DNA of 64,000 nt from an uncultured Chloroflexia bacterium (GCA_963772995.1 CAVYZQ010000005.1:12409-76408), one strand, 5' to 3'. Positions 1 through 10,958 are shown, counted from the first letter of the stretch. Notes: generated from the sequence alone by a model not told the origin. Numbers and translations are program-made.

Positions 1-72
1 CGTGTCGCACGAGCGTTCCATCGTCCGTGGAGGAGGAGAGTCGGCCCGCGGCCGCTCCTGGAGGTACCACCG

Positions 73-3000
73 ATGTCCGCATCGTCCCGCCCTGCGAGGT
101 CCGACGGCCTTCGAGCCCGGCTCCGGGTGATCGCCGGTTCGGCCATCCTCCTCGGGACACTGATCCCGGCGGCCGGGCCGTTGCCCGTCGCGGCGAGTCA
201 CACGCCCGCGCCTGCCTCCGTGACCGTCGCAGGCGACCTCCAGTCGGAGATCGGCTGCGGAGGCGATTGGGACCCGGGCTGCTCTGCGACGCACCTGACC
301 TACGACGCGACTGACGACGTGTGGCAGAACACGTTCAGCGTCCCCGCCGGCGACTGGCAGTACAAGGCGGCGATCAACAACGCGTGGGACGAGAGCTACG
401 GTCTCCACACCGGCCCCGACAACGTCCCGTTGTCGACCGCTGCGACGACGAACGTCAAGTTCTACTACGACCACAAGTCGCACTGGATCACCGACAACCA
501 CTCCTCGGTGATCGCGGTCGCGCCGGGCAGCTTCCAGCACGAACTCGGTTGTCCGGGCGACTGGGACCCCTCGTGCCTGCGGTCGTGGCTCGAGGACGTC
601 GACGGCGACGGCGTGTACACGCTCGAGACGACGGCCCTGACGGCCGGAAGCTACGAGACGAAGGTCGCGATCAACGAGTCGTGGGACGAGAGCTACGGCC
701 AGGGTGGAGGCCCTGCGAATATCCCCTTCACGGTCCCGACCGACAACGCGAAGGTGACGTTCCGCTATGTCGCCTCGACCCACATCCTGACCGTCAGCGC
801 CGGCCACGGTCACGACAACAACGTCGAATGGGATGGACTCCGACACGACTCCCGCTCGGATGTCTACCGGACACCGGGTGGCGCGGTCCCGGCCGGTACC
901 CCAGTGACGATCCGGTTCAGGACCTTCCATGACGACGTGACGTCGGTGAGCGCGCGCTTCTTCAGCGTCAACCTGGCCGGCCAGGAGATCGTGCCGATGT
1001 CGATCGCGGCGTCGGGCGTGCCGTGCTACCAGGCAGGGCTGGAAGCGGAGACGTGCGACTTCTGGCAGCTGACGATGCCCCCACGGATCGCCGACCAGCC
1101 GGACAACCTGTGGTACCGGTTCATCGTCACCGACGGCACCGACACCGACTACTACGCCGACGACACCGCCGCGCTCGACGGCGGCCTTGGCGCGGCGACC
1201 GACGACCCGGTCGACAACTCCTGGGCGCTGATGCAGTACGTGCCCGGCTTCACCGCCCCCAAGTGGGCCAAGGACGCCGTCATCTACCAGATCTTCCCGG
1301 ACCGGTTCCGCAATGGCACGCACAAAGAACGATCCCCAGACCGGTGACCTCCGCTACGACGATCCGGTGCTGAAGCTCGATCTGGGGCGTCAAGCCCGAG
1401 GGCTACTGCCGGAATTACGCGGACGGCGACACCAACTGCCCGTGGCGCTTCGATACCACGCCGCCTGACTACAGCCCGACCAAGGAGTCGCCGCGCGGCC
1501 GCGACTACTACGGCGGCGACCTCAAGGGCGTGGACAAGGAGCTGCCCTACCTCGAGAAGCTCGGCGTGACGGCGATCTACTTCAACCCGATCTTCGACGG
1601 CGGCTCGAACCACGGGTACGACACCCAGGACTACCTGAAGGTCGATCCCTATTTCGGGACGCAGAAGGACTTCGACGACCTGATCAAGCACGCCAAGTCG
1701 CACGGGATCCGGGTGATCCTCGACGGGGTCTACAACCACATGTCGTCCGACAGCCCGCTGTTCGACCGGTACCACCACTACACCTCGGTCGGTGCCTGCG
1801 AATTGGCCACGTCGCCGTATCGCTCGTGGTTCACCTTCCACGACGTCGCCGCGGGCACAGGGACCTGCGTCTCCTCGACCGGGCAGGCGGACTCGGCGAC
1901 CTATGACGGATGGTTCGGGTTCGACTCGATCCCGGTGCTGACCAAGTCGCAGCCGGCGGTCCAGGAGTACTTCCTGACCTCGAAGGACAGCGTCGCCAAG
2001 CATTGGATCAAGGAAGGCGCGTCGGGCTGGCGTCTCGACGTCGCCGGCGATGCCTCCTTCCCGAACGGCTACTGGGAATCGTTCCGAGCGGTCGTCAAGA
2101 AGGCGGACCCGCAGGCGCTGACGATCTCCGAGACCTGGCAGAAGGATTCGCACCCTCCTGCGGATGCTCCGCGGCGACCGGCTCGATACGACGATGAACT
2201 ACCGCCTGCGCGATGCCGTGCTCGGGCTGCTCGCTCCCGGGAACTTCGATCCGAAGGGCTTCGCCGACAGCGGCCACCAGATCAGCGTGTCGGCGTTCGC
2301 GAACCGGCTCGCGTCGACCCGCGAGGACTATCCGGACGCGGCCTACTACTCGCTGATGAACCTGCTCGACAGCCACGACACGCCGCGGCTCCTGTGGACG
2401 CTCACCGCGGGCCCCGAGACGACCGCCGGACGCGAGGAGACGCCGTCCAGCCGTGGCGGCCGGGAAGCTGCGCGTCCAGCTCGCGTCGTTGATCCAGTTC
2501 ACGGTCCCGGGCGCGCCGACCGTCTACTACGGCGACGAGGTCGGCATGACCGGTTACGACGACCCGGACGACCGGCGCACGTATCCGTGGGCCGACCTGG
2601 GCGGCTCGCCCGACACGGCGATGCTGGCCCACTACACGTCGCTGGCCGCGCTCCGCGACAAGGTCAAGGCGCTGACGGACGGCGACTTCAGGGTCCTCCT
2701 CGCCGATGACGCGGCTCAGACGGTCGCCTACGGCCGCCGGACGGACGACTCCGCCGCGATCGTCGCGGTCAACCGGTCGTCGTCGAGCCAGACGGTCTCG
2801 ATCCCGGTCTGCGGGCTACCTGCCGGACGGCACCACGCTCGATCGGCGCTTCGGTGTCGGGGTCGCGGCATCGGGCTCCGTGTCGGTCGCCGGCGGGGCG
2901 GTCGAGGTGACGCTCCCGCCGATGTCCGGCGCTCGTCCTCGCGACGGGCAAACACGTCGATCTCAAGCCACCGAAGGCGCCGACCGGACCTGCAGGTGAC

Positions 3001-4297
3001 CGGCGAAGGCGACGGGAGCGCCACGGTCGCCTGGAACGCGGTCGGCGGGGCCGCCGGCTACGACGTCTGGGTCAGCCCGCTGTCGGGCGGCGGCTACGTC
3101 AAGGCCAATTCCGCTCCCGTGACGGCCACGTCGTACACGCTCACGGGCCTTGCGCAACGCCAGGCGCGCCTACATCGTCGTCCGCGCCCTCGATGCGGCC
3201 GGCAATGCCAGCGGCCCGTCCAACGAGGTCGTGGCGATCCCGCATCTCATCGTCGGCTGGGCGAATCTCCAGTGGCCGCCGACGCTGAACCATACGATCT
3301 CGGCGGTGAACCGGACGGACAACGTCTACGGCCAGGTCTGGATCGATGGCGTGACCAACCAGCCCGGCGCGACGCCAGGGCTGGTCGCCCAGCTCGGGTT
3401 CGGGCCTGACGGCTCCGACCCATCGGGCAATACCGGCTGGACCTGGGTCGACGCCAGCTTCAATACCGATGCGGGCAACAACGACGAGTTCGTCGCGTCG
3501 CTCCTGCCGGACACGACCGGCGTCTTCGACTACGCCTATCGCTACAGCGTCACCGACGGCCGCGACTGGATCTACGCCGACCTCGACGGGATCGGGAACG
3601 GCTACTCGCCCGACCAGGCCGGGTACGCTGACCGTCAACTCGAGCGGCGACACGACCGCGCCGGCGACGCCCGCCGACCTCCGCACGGTGTCGGCCTCGC
3701 CCGCCGGGATCGAGCTCGCCTGGGATGCCGTGACGGGCGATCCGACCCTCTACGGCTACGAGGTGCGCCGGAGCGCGACGAGCGGCGGTCCGTACACGAC
3801 GATCGGGACGACGACTGCGGCGTCCTTCAACGACACCGGGGTCACCGAGGCCCAGACATACTCCTACGTCGTTCGCTCGGTGGACACGTCGTTCAATCGG
3901 TCCGGCCCCTCGAGCTGAGGTGACGGCCACGGCGGAGCTCCGGACCGTGACGCTGCACTTCAACGTGACCGTGCCGGCGACCACCGACGGCACGGGCCGG
4001 TCCGTCTACATCGCCGGTTTCCTCGACCGGCTCGACGGCAACCTCCCGCAATGGGACCCGGGAGGGGTATCGCTCACGCGCGCCGACGCGACGCACTGGA
4101 CGATCACCTTCACCGGCAAGGAATCGACCCAGATCGAGTACAAGTACACGCTTGGCGACTGGGACCACGTCGAGAAGGACGGTGCCTGCGGGGAGATCAA
4201 CAACCGGCAGCTGACGTTGAGCTACGGCGCCACGGGCACCCAGACGGTCAACGACACCATCGGCAACTGGAGGAACGTCGCGCCCTGCGGAAACTGA
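73..4297 (+). pseudogene. Secreted multidomain GH13 alpha-amylase/amylopullulanase-like glycoside hydrolase, readable only with at least 9 frame hops
   Basis: ORF pieces 73-1347, 1530-2492, 2164-2709, 2453-3409, 2706-2999, 3150-3923, 3469-3918 and 3920-4297 join into one protein. Order of parts: signal peptide; two tandem modules GDLQSEIGCGGDWDPGC...NNAWDESYG and HELGCPGDWDPSC...NESWDESYG; GH13 core (YFNPIF, GIRVILDGVYNH, GWRLDVAGD, ISETW, LLDSHDTPR, YYGDEVG); two FN3-like modules; C-terminal starch-binding-like module. Hops lie near 1325, 1385, 2150, 2450, 2815, 2935, 3140, 3640 and 3915. Confidence 0.85.
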
Positions 4298-4747
4298 TCC
4301 CGAGTGCGCTGATCCCGGCGCCGGCCGCCGTGGCCGGGGCCGGGGCGGCGCCGGGCGGCGCCGCGGCGCGGGCGGCGCGTGGCGAGCGCTCGCGCCAGGA
4401 CGCTTCGAGGCTGCTCCCCACGTCCGGGGCCCAGCCGAGCGCGAAGCTGCCCGACGCGGGATGCTCGACGACGGTCGCGTGGGCGATCCCGTCGACGAAC
4501 ACGATCAGTGTCCCGGGGACGAACGGAGTGGCCGTCTGGAAGACGGTCGCCACGCCATCGGGCTCGGCGACGAGCTCGTACGAGTGCCATTCCGTCGCCG
4601 CGCGCGCGCCTCGGTGAGGCCCAGGAACGCGATGACGACACCGACCGGGGCGAGGGCCAGGGCAAGCGGCTGGAGGAAAAGCCAGCCGAGCACCCCGGCC
4701 GCGGCCACGGCCACGCCGGTGACGACGTAGCGCGTCGAGCGCGTCAT
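4248..4747 (-). pseudogene. Hypothetical membrane-anchored protein, one frame hop
   Basis: From ATG 4747 the N-terminus reads MTRSTRYVVTGVAVAAAGVLGWLFLQPLALALAPVGVVIAFLG (two hydrophobic helices, tail of ORF 4505..5332). After a hop in a (GC)n run near 4600 it continues into ORF 4248..4553 (EWHSYELVAEPDGVATVFQTATPFVPGTLIVFVDGIAH...). The 3' end is uncertain; as written it overlaps the GH13 3' end by ~50 nt. Confidence 0.4.
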
Positions 4748-4782
4748 GGAGTTCTCAATGGCGCCGCCAGCCCGACCGAGGG

Positions 4783-5652
4783 TCAGTAGACCTCGGGGAC
4801 GAACGTCTGGTCCGTGATGGGCGGGCGGATGTAGCCGTCGTCGGGCTGTCGTGGCGGGAGCTCGATGGGATCCGGCGTCAGGTCCTGGTACGGGATCAGG
4901 CCCAGCAGATGACGGATCAGGTTGAGGCGCGCCCGCTTCTTGTTGTCGGCGTTGACGACGTACCACGGAGCCTGCTTGATGTCGGTGTACGCGAACATCT
5001 CGTCCTTGGCTCGCGAGTACTCGGCCCAGCGGGCACGTGACTCGAGGTCCATCGGGCTCAGCTTCCAGCGCTTGGTCGGGTCCTCGATCCTGCTCTGGAA
5101 CCGTCGCTCCTGCTCTGCATCGCTCACCGAGAACCAGTACTTGACGACGACGATCCCGGAGCGGACGAGCATCCGCTCGAACTCGGGGACGGACCGGAAG
5201 AACTCGCGGTACTCCTCGTCGGTGCAGAACCCCATCACGTGTTCGACACCGGCGCGGTTGTACCAGCTGCGGTCGAAGAGCACGATCTCGCCGGCGGCCG
5301 GGAGGTGCGCGACGTAGCGCTGGAAGTACCACTGGGTCTTCTCACGCTCGGTGGGGGTGCCGAGAGCGACCACCCGGGCATAACGGGGGTTGAGGCTCAG
5401 GGTGACGGTCTTGATGGCGCCGCCCTTCCCCGCGGCATCGCGACCTTCGAAGACCAGGACGACCTTCATGCCTTCGTGGCGGATCCACTCCTGCAGCTTG
5501 ACCAGCTCGATCTGGAGGGTGGACAGCTCGCGCAGATACGCCTTGTTGGAGAGTGTCCGGACCGTCGCGCCGAGCTCCTCGACGGGCGGGTCGGACCAGA
5601 CGTTGGCCAGCTGGACGCTCTGCTTCTCCTGCTCCGCCTTCGACTTCGGCAT
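4783..5652 (-). CDS. ppk2: Polyphosphate kinase 2
   Basis: ORF 4783..5682, start moved to ATG 5652 (GGGAGG 6 nt upstream). PPK2 hallmarks FEGRDAAGKGG and DRSWYNR. Full length, no frame breaks. Confidence 0.9.
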   Translation of the reverse strand: MPKSKAEQEKQSVQLANVWSDPPVEELGATVRTLSNKAYLRELSTLQIELVKLQEWIRHEGMKVVLVFEGRDAAGKGGAIKTVTLSLNPRYARVVALGTPTEREKTQWYFQRYVAHLPAAGEIVLFDRSWYNRAGVEHVMGFCTDEEYREFFRSVPEFERMLVRSGIVVVKYWFSVSDAEQERRFQSRIEDPTKRWKLSPMDLESRARWAEYSRAKDEMFAYTDIKQAPWYVVNADNKKRARLNLIRHLLGLIPYQDLTPDPIELPPRQPDDGYIRPPITDQTFVPEVY

Positions 5653-5781
5653 GTTCGACCTCCCGGGTGTCGCCGGCCTCATGACTGGTGCCGCCGCCGA
5701 TCCTCCGAGCCTACCCGGTCCGACTCGGTGGTGCCAGCCCGATCCCGGTGCGCGAGCGACGTCGCGGTGCCCTGCCGACGG

Positions 5782-6579
5782 TCATGGTTCAGGCGCGGCG
5801 CCCGGTGAACCCGCGAGGTAATCGTGGAGGACCGTCCCGCCCACCAGCGAGAACGAGGCGCGCCAGTAGAAGCCATCGAGGAACTCGCGCACCGGCAGCC
5901 GATGGACGGGCGCTCCGGCGTTCGGACGGAGCTCGACCGTGGACGGCCCCTGCCAGCACTCGTCCACGGTGACGTTCGCCAGCTCCCGGGCCACCAGCTG
6001 GAGGACCGCCATCCCGCCGTCGATGTGCGGGATGGCCTTCAGGTTGATGTTCGTCCGCATGTCCACGTTCTCGATGAGCGCATCCAGGCTCGACTCCCGC
6101 GGCTTGTAGGGCAGGGTCGCGGTGATGATGTCGATGCCGTTCATGGTCACCGTGCCGACGTGGAGGTCGCCGCGCGTCTCGAGCGAGATCGTGGCCGCGC
6201 GCTTCGGCTGCCCCTGGACCTCGCGGCCCTGCGCGATCGCCCGGTCGTTGTCGAGGAAGAACCACGGGGAGTAGGCGCCACGGACTCCGGTGACGCCTTC
6301 CTCGCCGGGCAGTGTGCAGCCGACCATGATGTTGCACTCGTGCAGGTCGGCTCCCAGCCCCGGCACGTCCCCCCACCGGGCGATGTGGAACAGGACGACG
6401 TCGCCGAGCGGCTCGAGCGGGGCCGGAAGCAGTGCCCGGATGGCGTCGGCATCGGTCCGGTACTGGATCGAGAGGAGCTCGGAATCCCGGAAATGGATCG
6501 GATAGCGCGGATAGGTCGGCGCGTCGCGCGGCGTTGACCAGACAGACGATGGCTCCGGGAACGTATCCTGTCCAATCAT
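5782..6579 (-). CDS. Acetoacetate decarboxylase (ADC) family protein
   Basis: C-terminal 265 codons of ORF 5782..7764, from ATG 6579 with AGGAGG upstream. Sequence MIGQDTFPEPSSVWSTPRDAPTYPRYPIHFRDSELLSIQYRTDADAIRALLP...AIAQGREVQGQPKR matches the ADC-like family as I recall it. The upstream 395 codons of that ORF are antisense to the lipoyl and E1 genes and are not credible. Confidence 0.75.
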   Translation of the reverse strand: MIGQDTFPEPSSVWSTPRDAPTYPRYPIHFRDSELLSIQYRTDADAIRALLPAPLEPLGDVVLFHIARWGDVPGLGADLHECNIMVGCTLPGEEGVTGVRGAYSPWFFLDNDRAIAQGREVQGQPKRAATISLETRGDLHVGTVTMNGIDIITATLPYKPRESSLDALIENVDMRTNINLKAIPHIDGGMAVLQLVARELANVTVDECWQGPSTVELRPNAGAPVHRLPVREFLDGFYWRASFSLVGGTVLHDYLAGSPGAAPEP

Positions 6580-6675
6580 GCCAACGATTGTCCTCCTGGC
6601 TGACCGCGCGACGAGTGCGCCCTCGCGTGGCGGCGTGTGTGCCCTCGCGAAGTATGTGGAAGCCGGGGGCGAGTC

Positions 6676-6921
6676 GTGAGACAGGTCCTGATGCCGGCGA
6701 TCGGCGTGACCATGGCCGAGGGCACCCTGATCGCGTGGCTCAAGCAGGAAGGCGACGCCGTGGCCGCGGGCGACATCGTCGCCGAGCTGGAGACCGACAA
6801 GTCGACCCTCGAGATCGAGAGCCCGGTCGCCGGGGTCGTGGCGCGCCTGCTCGTGGCCGAAGGCGATGCGGTCGATCCGGGACAGGCGATCGCCGAGATC
6901 GCCGAGGCGGGCGACGCATGA
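6676..6921 (+). CDS. Free-standing lipoyl-attachment domain protein (about 80 aa)
   Basis: In-frame GTG 6676 (or ATG 6691) within ORF 6637..6921. Typical E2 lipoyl domain: LMPAIGVTMAEGTLIAWLKQEGDAV...GDIVAELETDKSTLEIESPVAGVV, with the lipoyl lysine in ETDKS. Ends after the domain; no acyltransferase core. Confidence 0.85.
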   Translation: MRQVLMPAIGVTMAEGTLIAWLKQEGDAVAAGDIVAELETDKSTLEIESPVAGVVARLLVAEGDAVDPGQAIAEIAEAGDA

Positions 6922-6924
6922 CCG

Positions 6925-8025
6925 ATGAGCGCTCCGGCGCCACGGCGACCGGGCACGCCGCCGCCGAACCAGTCGCCCGCGAACGCCGCCGGCGAGCCCT
7001 CCACCGTCCTGCCGCCGCCGGACCCGCTCGACCTCGACGGCCTCGGCCGCGAGAACCTCGCCGAGTGGCTCGAGACCATGATCCTGATCCGCGAATTCGA
7101 GACCGCCTGCGACCCGCTGGCACTGGCCGGCAAGGTGATCGGCGGGATCCATTCCTCGGCAGGCCAGGAGGCCGTCGCCGTCGGCGCCATGCGAGCCCTC
7201 GAGCCGCAGGACCAGGTCGCCGGCTCGCACCGATCGCACCACCACGCCCTTGCCCGGGGGCTGCCTCCCGCCGGCGTCATGGCCGAGCTGTACGGCCGCG
7301 CGACCGGTGTGAGCGAGGGCCGTGGCGGGAGCATGCACCTGCGCGACTGGGGGGTCGGGTACGCGGGCGGGAACGGGATCGTGGGCGCAGGCGTCGGGCT
7401 CGCCATGGGCCTCGCCCTCGCAGCGAAGCTGCAGGGGCGTGACCGGGTCGCTGTCGGGTTCGTCGGCGACGGCGGCATGAACACCGGACGGACCTGGGAG
7501 TTCATCAATCTCGCGGTCGTCTGGCGGCTGCCGCTGATCGTGGTCTGCGAGAACAACCTGTACGCCGTCGAGACGCCGAGCACCCGACTGACCGGCGGAA
7601 CCTCGATCGTGGAGCGGGCGTCGGGCTTCGGGATCCACGCCCTGTGCGTGGACGGGCAGGACGTGACTGCGGTCCACCGAGCCGTGACCGCGGCGCGCCG
7701 CCGGGCGATCGACGGCGAGGGCCCGACCTTCATCGAGGCTCGGACATACCGCTACGAGGGCCATAGCACCGGGCAGGTCATCACCTATCGCACCGCGGCC
7801 GAGCTGGATGAATGGAAGAGGTCTCGTGACCCGATCAGCCGCCTTGCCCAGGCGATGCGCGAGGCGGGCCTGGCGGACCTCGACGAGCAGGCGGCCATCG
7901 AGACGCGGGTCGCCGGGCGCGTCGCCGAGGCCATCGCGTTCGCCGAGGCGTCGCCGCTGCCGTCGACGGACGATGCCGCCGCCGACGTGACCGGGATCGA
8001 CCTGCGCGTGCGGGGAAACGCATGA
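6925..8025 (+). CDS. Thiamine-diphosphate-dependent 2-oxoacid/acetoin dehydrogenase E1 alpha subunit
   Basis: ORF 6925..8025, 366 aa. Contains GGIHSSAGQEAVAVG, GRGGSMHL, and the TPP motif GFVGDGGMNTG...VCENNLYA. Starts 4 nt after the lipoyl gene stop. Confidence 0.9.
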   Translation: MSAPAPRRPGTPPPNQSPANAAGEPSTVLPPPDPLDLDGLGRENLAEWLETMILIREFETACDPLALAGKVIGGIHSSAGQEAVAVGAMRALEPQDQVAGSHRSHHHALARGLPPAGVMAELYGRATGVSEGRGGSMHLRDWGVGYAGGNGIVGAGVGLAMGLALAAKLQGRDRVAVGFVGDGGMNTGRTWEFINLAVVWRLPLIVVCENNLYAVETPSTRLTGGTSIVERASGFGIHALCVDGQDVTAVHRAVTAARRRAIDGEGPTFIEARTYRYEGHSTGQVITYRTAAELDEWKRSRDPISRLAQAMREAGLADLDEQAAIETRVAGRVAEAIAFAEASPLPSTDDAAADVTGIDLRVRGNA

Positions 8026-9029
8026 CCCCGATCACGTATTCCCGGGCCTTCTCGGAAGGCGTGCGCGAGGAGATGGCTCGCGACCCGAGCATCTTCATCC
8101 TCGGCACGGACCTGCTGTCGCGCGGCGGGAACTTCGCGCAGCTGGTCGGGGTCGGCGCGGAGTTCGGGCCCGAGCGCGTCCGCGACACGCCGATCTCGGA
8201 GGCCGCGATGGTCGCGGCCGGCGTCGGTGCCGCGGTCGGTGGGATGCGCCCGATCGTCGACCTGAACTTCCTGGACTTCGCGTTCGGCGCGATGGATGAG
8301 ATCGTCAACCAGGCCGCCAAGATGCGGTACATGCTCCGGGTCCCGGTGCCCCTGGTCATTCGGGCGAGCTATGGCGTGACCCTCTACGCGATGCAGCACA
8401 ACAACTCCATCGAGACCTGGTTCGCCCACACGCCGGGGCTCATCGTCCTGATGCCGGCGACGCCCGCGGACACCAAGGGACTCATCAAGTCCGCCCTGCG
8501 GGGCGAGGACCCGGTGATCTTCCTGATGCACAAGCGCCTCGGCGGCAGCCGGGGCGAGGTCGGCGGGCCGGACGACCTCGTGCCGATCGGGCAGGCGCGC
8601 ATCGCTCGCCCAGGCCGTGACGTGACGGTCGTGACCTACGGCGGGATGCTGCCGGCCTGCATCAAGGTCGCCACGAGATTGGCCGACGAAGGCACCGAGG
8701 TCGAGGTCATCGACCTGCGCTCGGTGATGCCGCTCGATCTCGACCTCATCGAGGCGTCGGTCAGGCGGACGGGCCGGGTCGTGGTCGTCGGCGAGGCGCC
8801 GCGCTTCCTCGGCGTCGGAGCGGAAATCTCGGCGTCCATCGGTGAATCCCTCTTCCACGTCCTCCGCGGGCCTGTCGTGCGGGTCGGGGCGGCCCACTCC
8901 CCCATCCCCCACAGCCCGGTCCTGTTCGCCGCGCTGGTCCCGGGCGAAAGCGATATCGAGCGGGCGGTCCGTGGCGCGCTTGGAGCCGGCGCGACCCCCA
9001 GCGCCGTCACCCCGGAGGCCGCGACGTGA
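8022..9029 (+). CDS. 2-oxoacid/acetoin dehydrogenase E1 beta subunit
   Basis: ORF 8022..9029, 335 aa. Contains ERVRDTPISEAAMVAAGVGAAVGGMRP and IDLRSVMPLD. ATGA overlap with the E1 alpha stop. Confidence 0.9.
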   Translation: MTPITYSRAFSEGVREEMARDPSIFILGTDLLSRGGNFAQLVGVGAEFGPERVRDTPISEAAMVAAGVGAAVGGMRPIVDLNFLDFAFGAMDEIVNQAAKMRYMLRVPVPLVIRASYGVTLYAMQHNNSIETWFAHTPGLIVLMPATPADTKGLIKSALRGEDPVIFLMHKRLGGSRGEVGGPDDLVPIGQARIARPGRDVTVVTYGGMLPACIKVATRLADEGTEVEVIDLRSVMPLDLDLIEASVRRTGRVVVVGEAPRFLGVGAEISASIGESLFHVLRGPVVRVGAAHSPIPHSPVLFAALVPGESDIERAVRGALGAGATPSAVTPEAAT

Positions 9030-9988
9030 CCCCGCCCGTCGTCGTGGTTCCCGAGGGGATGTGGGAGCAGGCGGCGATCGACGCCGAAAACGAGCGCGGG
9101 CGGCTCAGGTTGGTCAGGCGCCCATTCGGCGGTCCCGAAACGGTCGCGGACTTCAGCGCCGACGCAGACGCGGTTTTGATCTCGATCCACTCGATGCCTG
9201 CGGAATCGATCGCGGGACTCGCGCCGTCCGTCCGGATCATCGGTCGGTCGGGCATCGGCCTCGACGCGATCGACCTCGAGGCGGCGCGCGCCCGGGGCGT
9301 CGCCGTCTTCCACACGCCCGACTACTGCACGACTGAAGTGGCCGATCACGCGGCAGCGCTGATCCTCGCGCTCTGGCGCCGCTTGTTCGCCGCCGATGCT
9401 GTTGCCAGACGCGACTGGCCGGCGTGGCGCTCCATCGGGGTGATCCGGCCGCTGTCGGAGGCCACCCTCGGGGTCGCTGGATGCGGGCGCATCGGGCGCG
9501 AGGTGATCAGGCGGATGGCTCCGTTCGGGATGCGGATCCTGGCCTTCGACCCATGGATCGACGAGCCGCCGGCGCCCGCCGAGCTCGTGGCTACCTTCGA
9601 CGAGGTTCTCGCGGCATCGGACGTCGTGACGCTGCACAGCCCGCTCACGAACGACACGCGGGGGATGGTGGGCGCTGCCGAGCTTGCGCGAATGCGGCCC
9701 GGTTCCTTCCTCGTCAACGTGTCGCGCGGCGGGCTCGTCGACGAGGCAGCCCTCGCCGAGGCGCTCTCGTCGGGTCATCTCGGCGGTGCCGCGATCGACG
9801 TGCTCCCCACCGAGCCGCCACCGCCCGACTCGCCGATCTTCGCTGCGCCCAACACCATCATCACGCCACACACCGCGTGGTACTCCGTCGCGGCCGAGAA
9901 GCGTGCCTTCGAGGAGACGATCGAAGGCGTGACGGCCTATCTGAGCGGAGTCGAACCGACTGTGGGGCGGCTCGCGGTTCGTCCCTGA
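9026..9988 (+). CDS. D-isomer-specific 2-hydroxyacid dehydrogenase (CtBP/PGDH-like)
   Basis: ORF 9026..9988, GTG start overlapping the E1 beta stop (GTGA). NAD fold LGVAGCGRIGREV; catalytic region VSRGGLVDE and TPHTAW. Confidence 0.85.
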   Translation: MTPPVVVVPEGMWEQAAIDAENERGRLRLVRRPFGGPETVADFSADADAVLISIHSMPAESIAGLAPSVRIIGRSGIGLDAIDLEAARARGVAVFHTPDYCTTEVADHAAALILALWRRLFAADAVARRDWPAWRSIGVIRPLSEATLGVAGCGRIGREVIRRMAPFGMRILAFDPWIDEPPAPAELVATFDEVLAASDVVTLHSPLTNDTRGMVGAAELARMRPGSFLVNVSRGGLVDEAALAEALSSGHLGGAAIDVLPTEPPPPDSPIFAAPNTIITPHTAWYSVAAEKRAFEETIEGVTAYLSGVEPTVGRLAVRP

Positions 9989-9999
9989 GGGCACTCACC

Positions 10000-10767
10000 T
10001 CAATACATGACGAACCCGCCCGTGACGTTGACGTCCTCGCCGGTGATGAACCTCGAGTCCCGGCCGAGCAGGAACACGATCACGCTCGCCACCTCGTCGG
10101 CCGTTGCGGCGCGCCCGAGGGGCGCCTGTGGGGCGCGCCGGTGGAAGCGAAGCTCGTCCGGGGCGCCCAGTGCGGCGAGCGTCCGGTCGATCTGCTCGTA
10201 CATCGGAGTGTCGACCACGCCCGGACACACGGAGTTGACGCGGATCGCCGGCGCCAGGGTGAGCGCCGCCGACCTCGTGAGGCTGATCACGCCGGCCTTG
10301 CTCGCGTTGTAGGCGGCGGTGTAGGAACTGGCGATCTTGCCCGCCATCGAGGCCAGGTTGACGACGCTGGGCGACGGGGCGGCTCGCAGCAGCGGGAGCG
10401 CAGCCTGGAGCATCAGGTATGTCCCGATGACATTGATCCGGTAGGTGGTCGCCCAGTCGTCGACGGTCAGGTCCTCGAACGGCACGATGCGCACGACCCC
10501 CGCCGCGTTCACGAGACCGTCGAGGGCCCCGGTTCGCTGGGCGATCGCCTCGAGTGCGGCCGTGACCGCGGCGGGGTCGGCGACATCGATGACGAACGGC
10601 TCGGGCCGTGGTCCGTCGAGCCCGTCGAACGCGGTCTGGAGCCTGGCTGCATCACGATCGAGGGCGAAGACGCGATGCCCGTCGCGTGCGAGCACGGTCG
10701 CGGTCGCGAGCCCGATCCCGCTCGCTGCGCCGGTCACCAGGTAGCTGCCCATGCCGTCGATCTCCAT
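10000..10767 (-). CDS. Short-chain dehydrogenase/reductase (SDR)
   Basis: ORF 10000..10767. TGAASGIG cofactor motif, YNASK catalytic motif, NSVCPGVVDTPM. The second ATG at 10752 has the better GGAG spacing and may be the true start. Confidence 0.9.
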   Translation of the reverse strand: MEIDGMGSYLVTGAASGIGLATATVLARDGHRVFALDRDAARLQTAFDGLDGPRPEPFVIDVADPAAVTAALEAIAQRTGALDGLVNAAGVVRIVPFEDLTVDDWATTYRINVIGTYLMLQAALPLLRAAPSPSVVNLASMAGKIASSYTAAYNASKAGVISLTRSAALTLAPAIRVNSVCPGVVDTPMYEQIDRTLAALGAPDELRFHRRAPQAPLGRAATADEVASVIVFLLGRDSRFITGEDVNVTGGFVMY

Positions 10768-10958
10768 CGCGATGGTGTGCCCGTCTCGGCGAGCGGCCGT
10801 CGACGCCGACCCTACCGCAGCGCGAGACCGGCCGCGGCTCGATCGCGAGGAAGCGCCTCGTCAGGACGCGGGCAGCGGCGCTCGCCGCTCGCCTTACCAG
10901 TACCGCGGTCGCCTCGGGGCCTCCACCAGCCCGAAGGCCTGGTCTCCGTGCCCGGCGG

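Noticed and set aside
6580-7764. N-terminal 395 codons of the 660-aa minus-strand ORF 5782..7764
   Set aside because: It is Arg/Gly/Asp-rich and runs antisense across the well-supported lipoyl and E1 alpha genes. The ADC homology begins only at Met 6579, which has its own AGGAGG. This is a shadow ORF typical of high-GC DNA.
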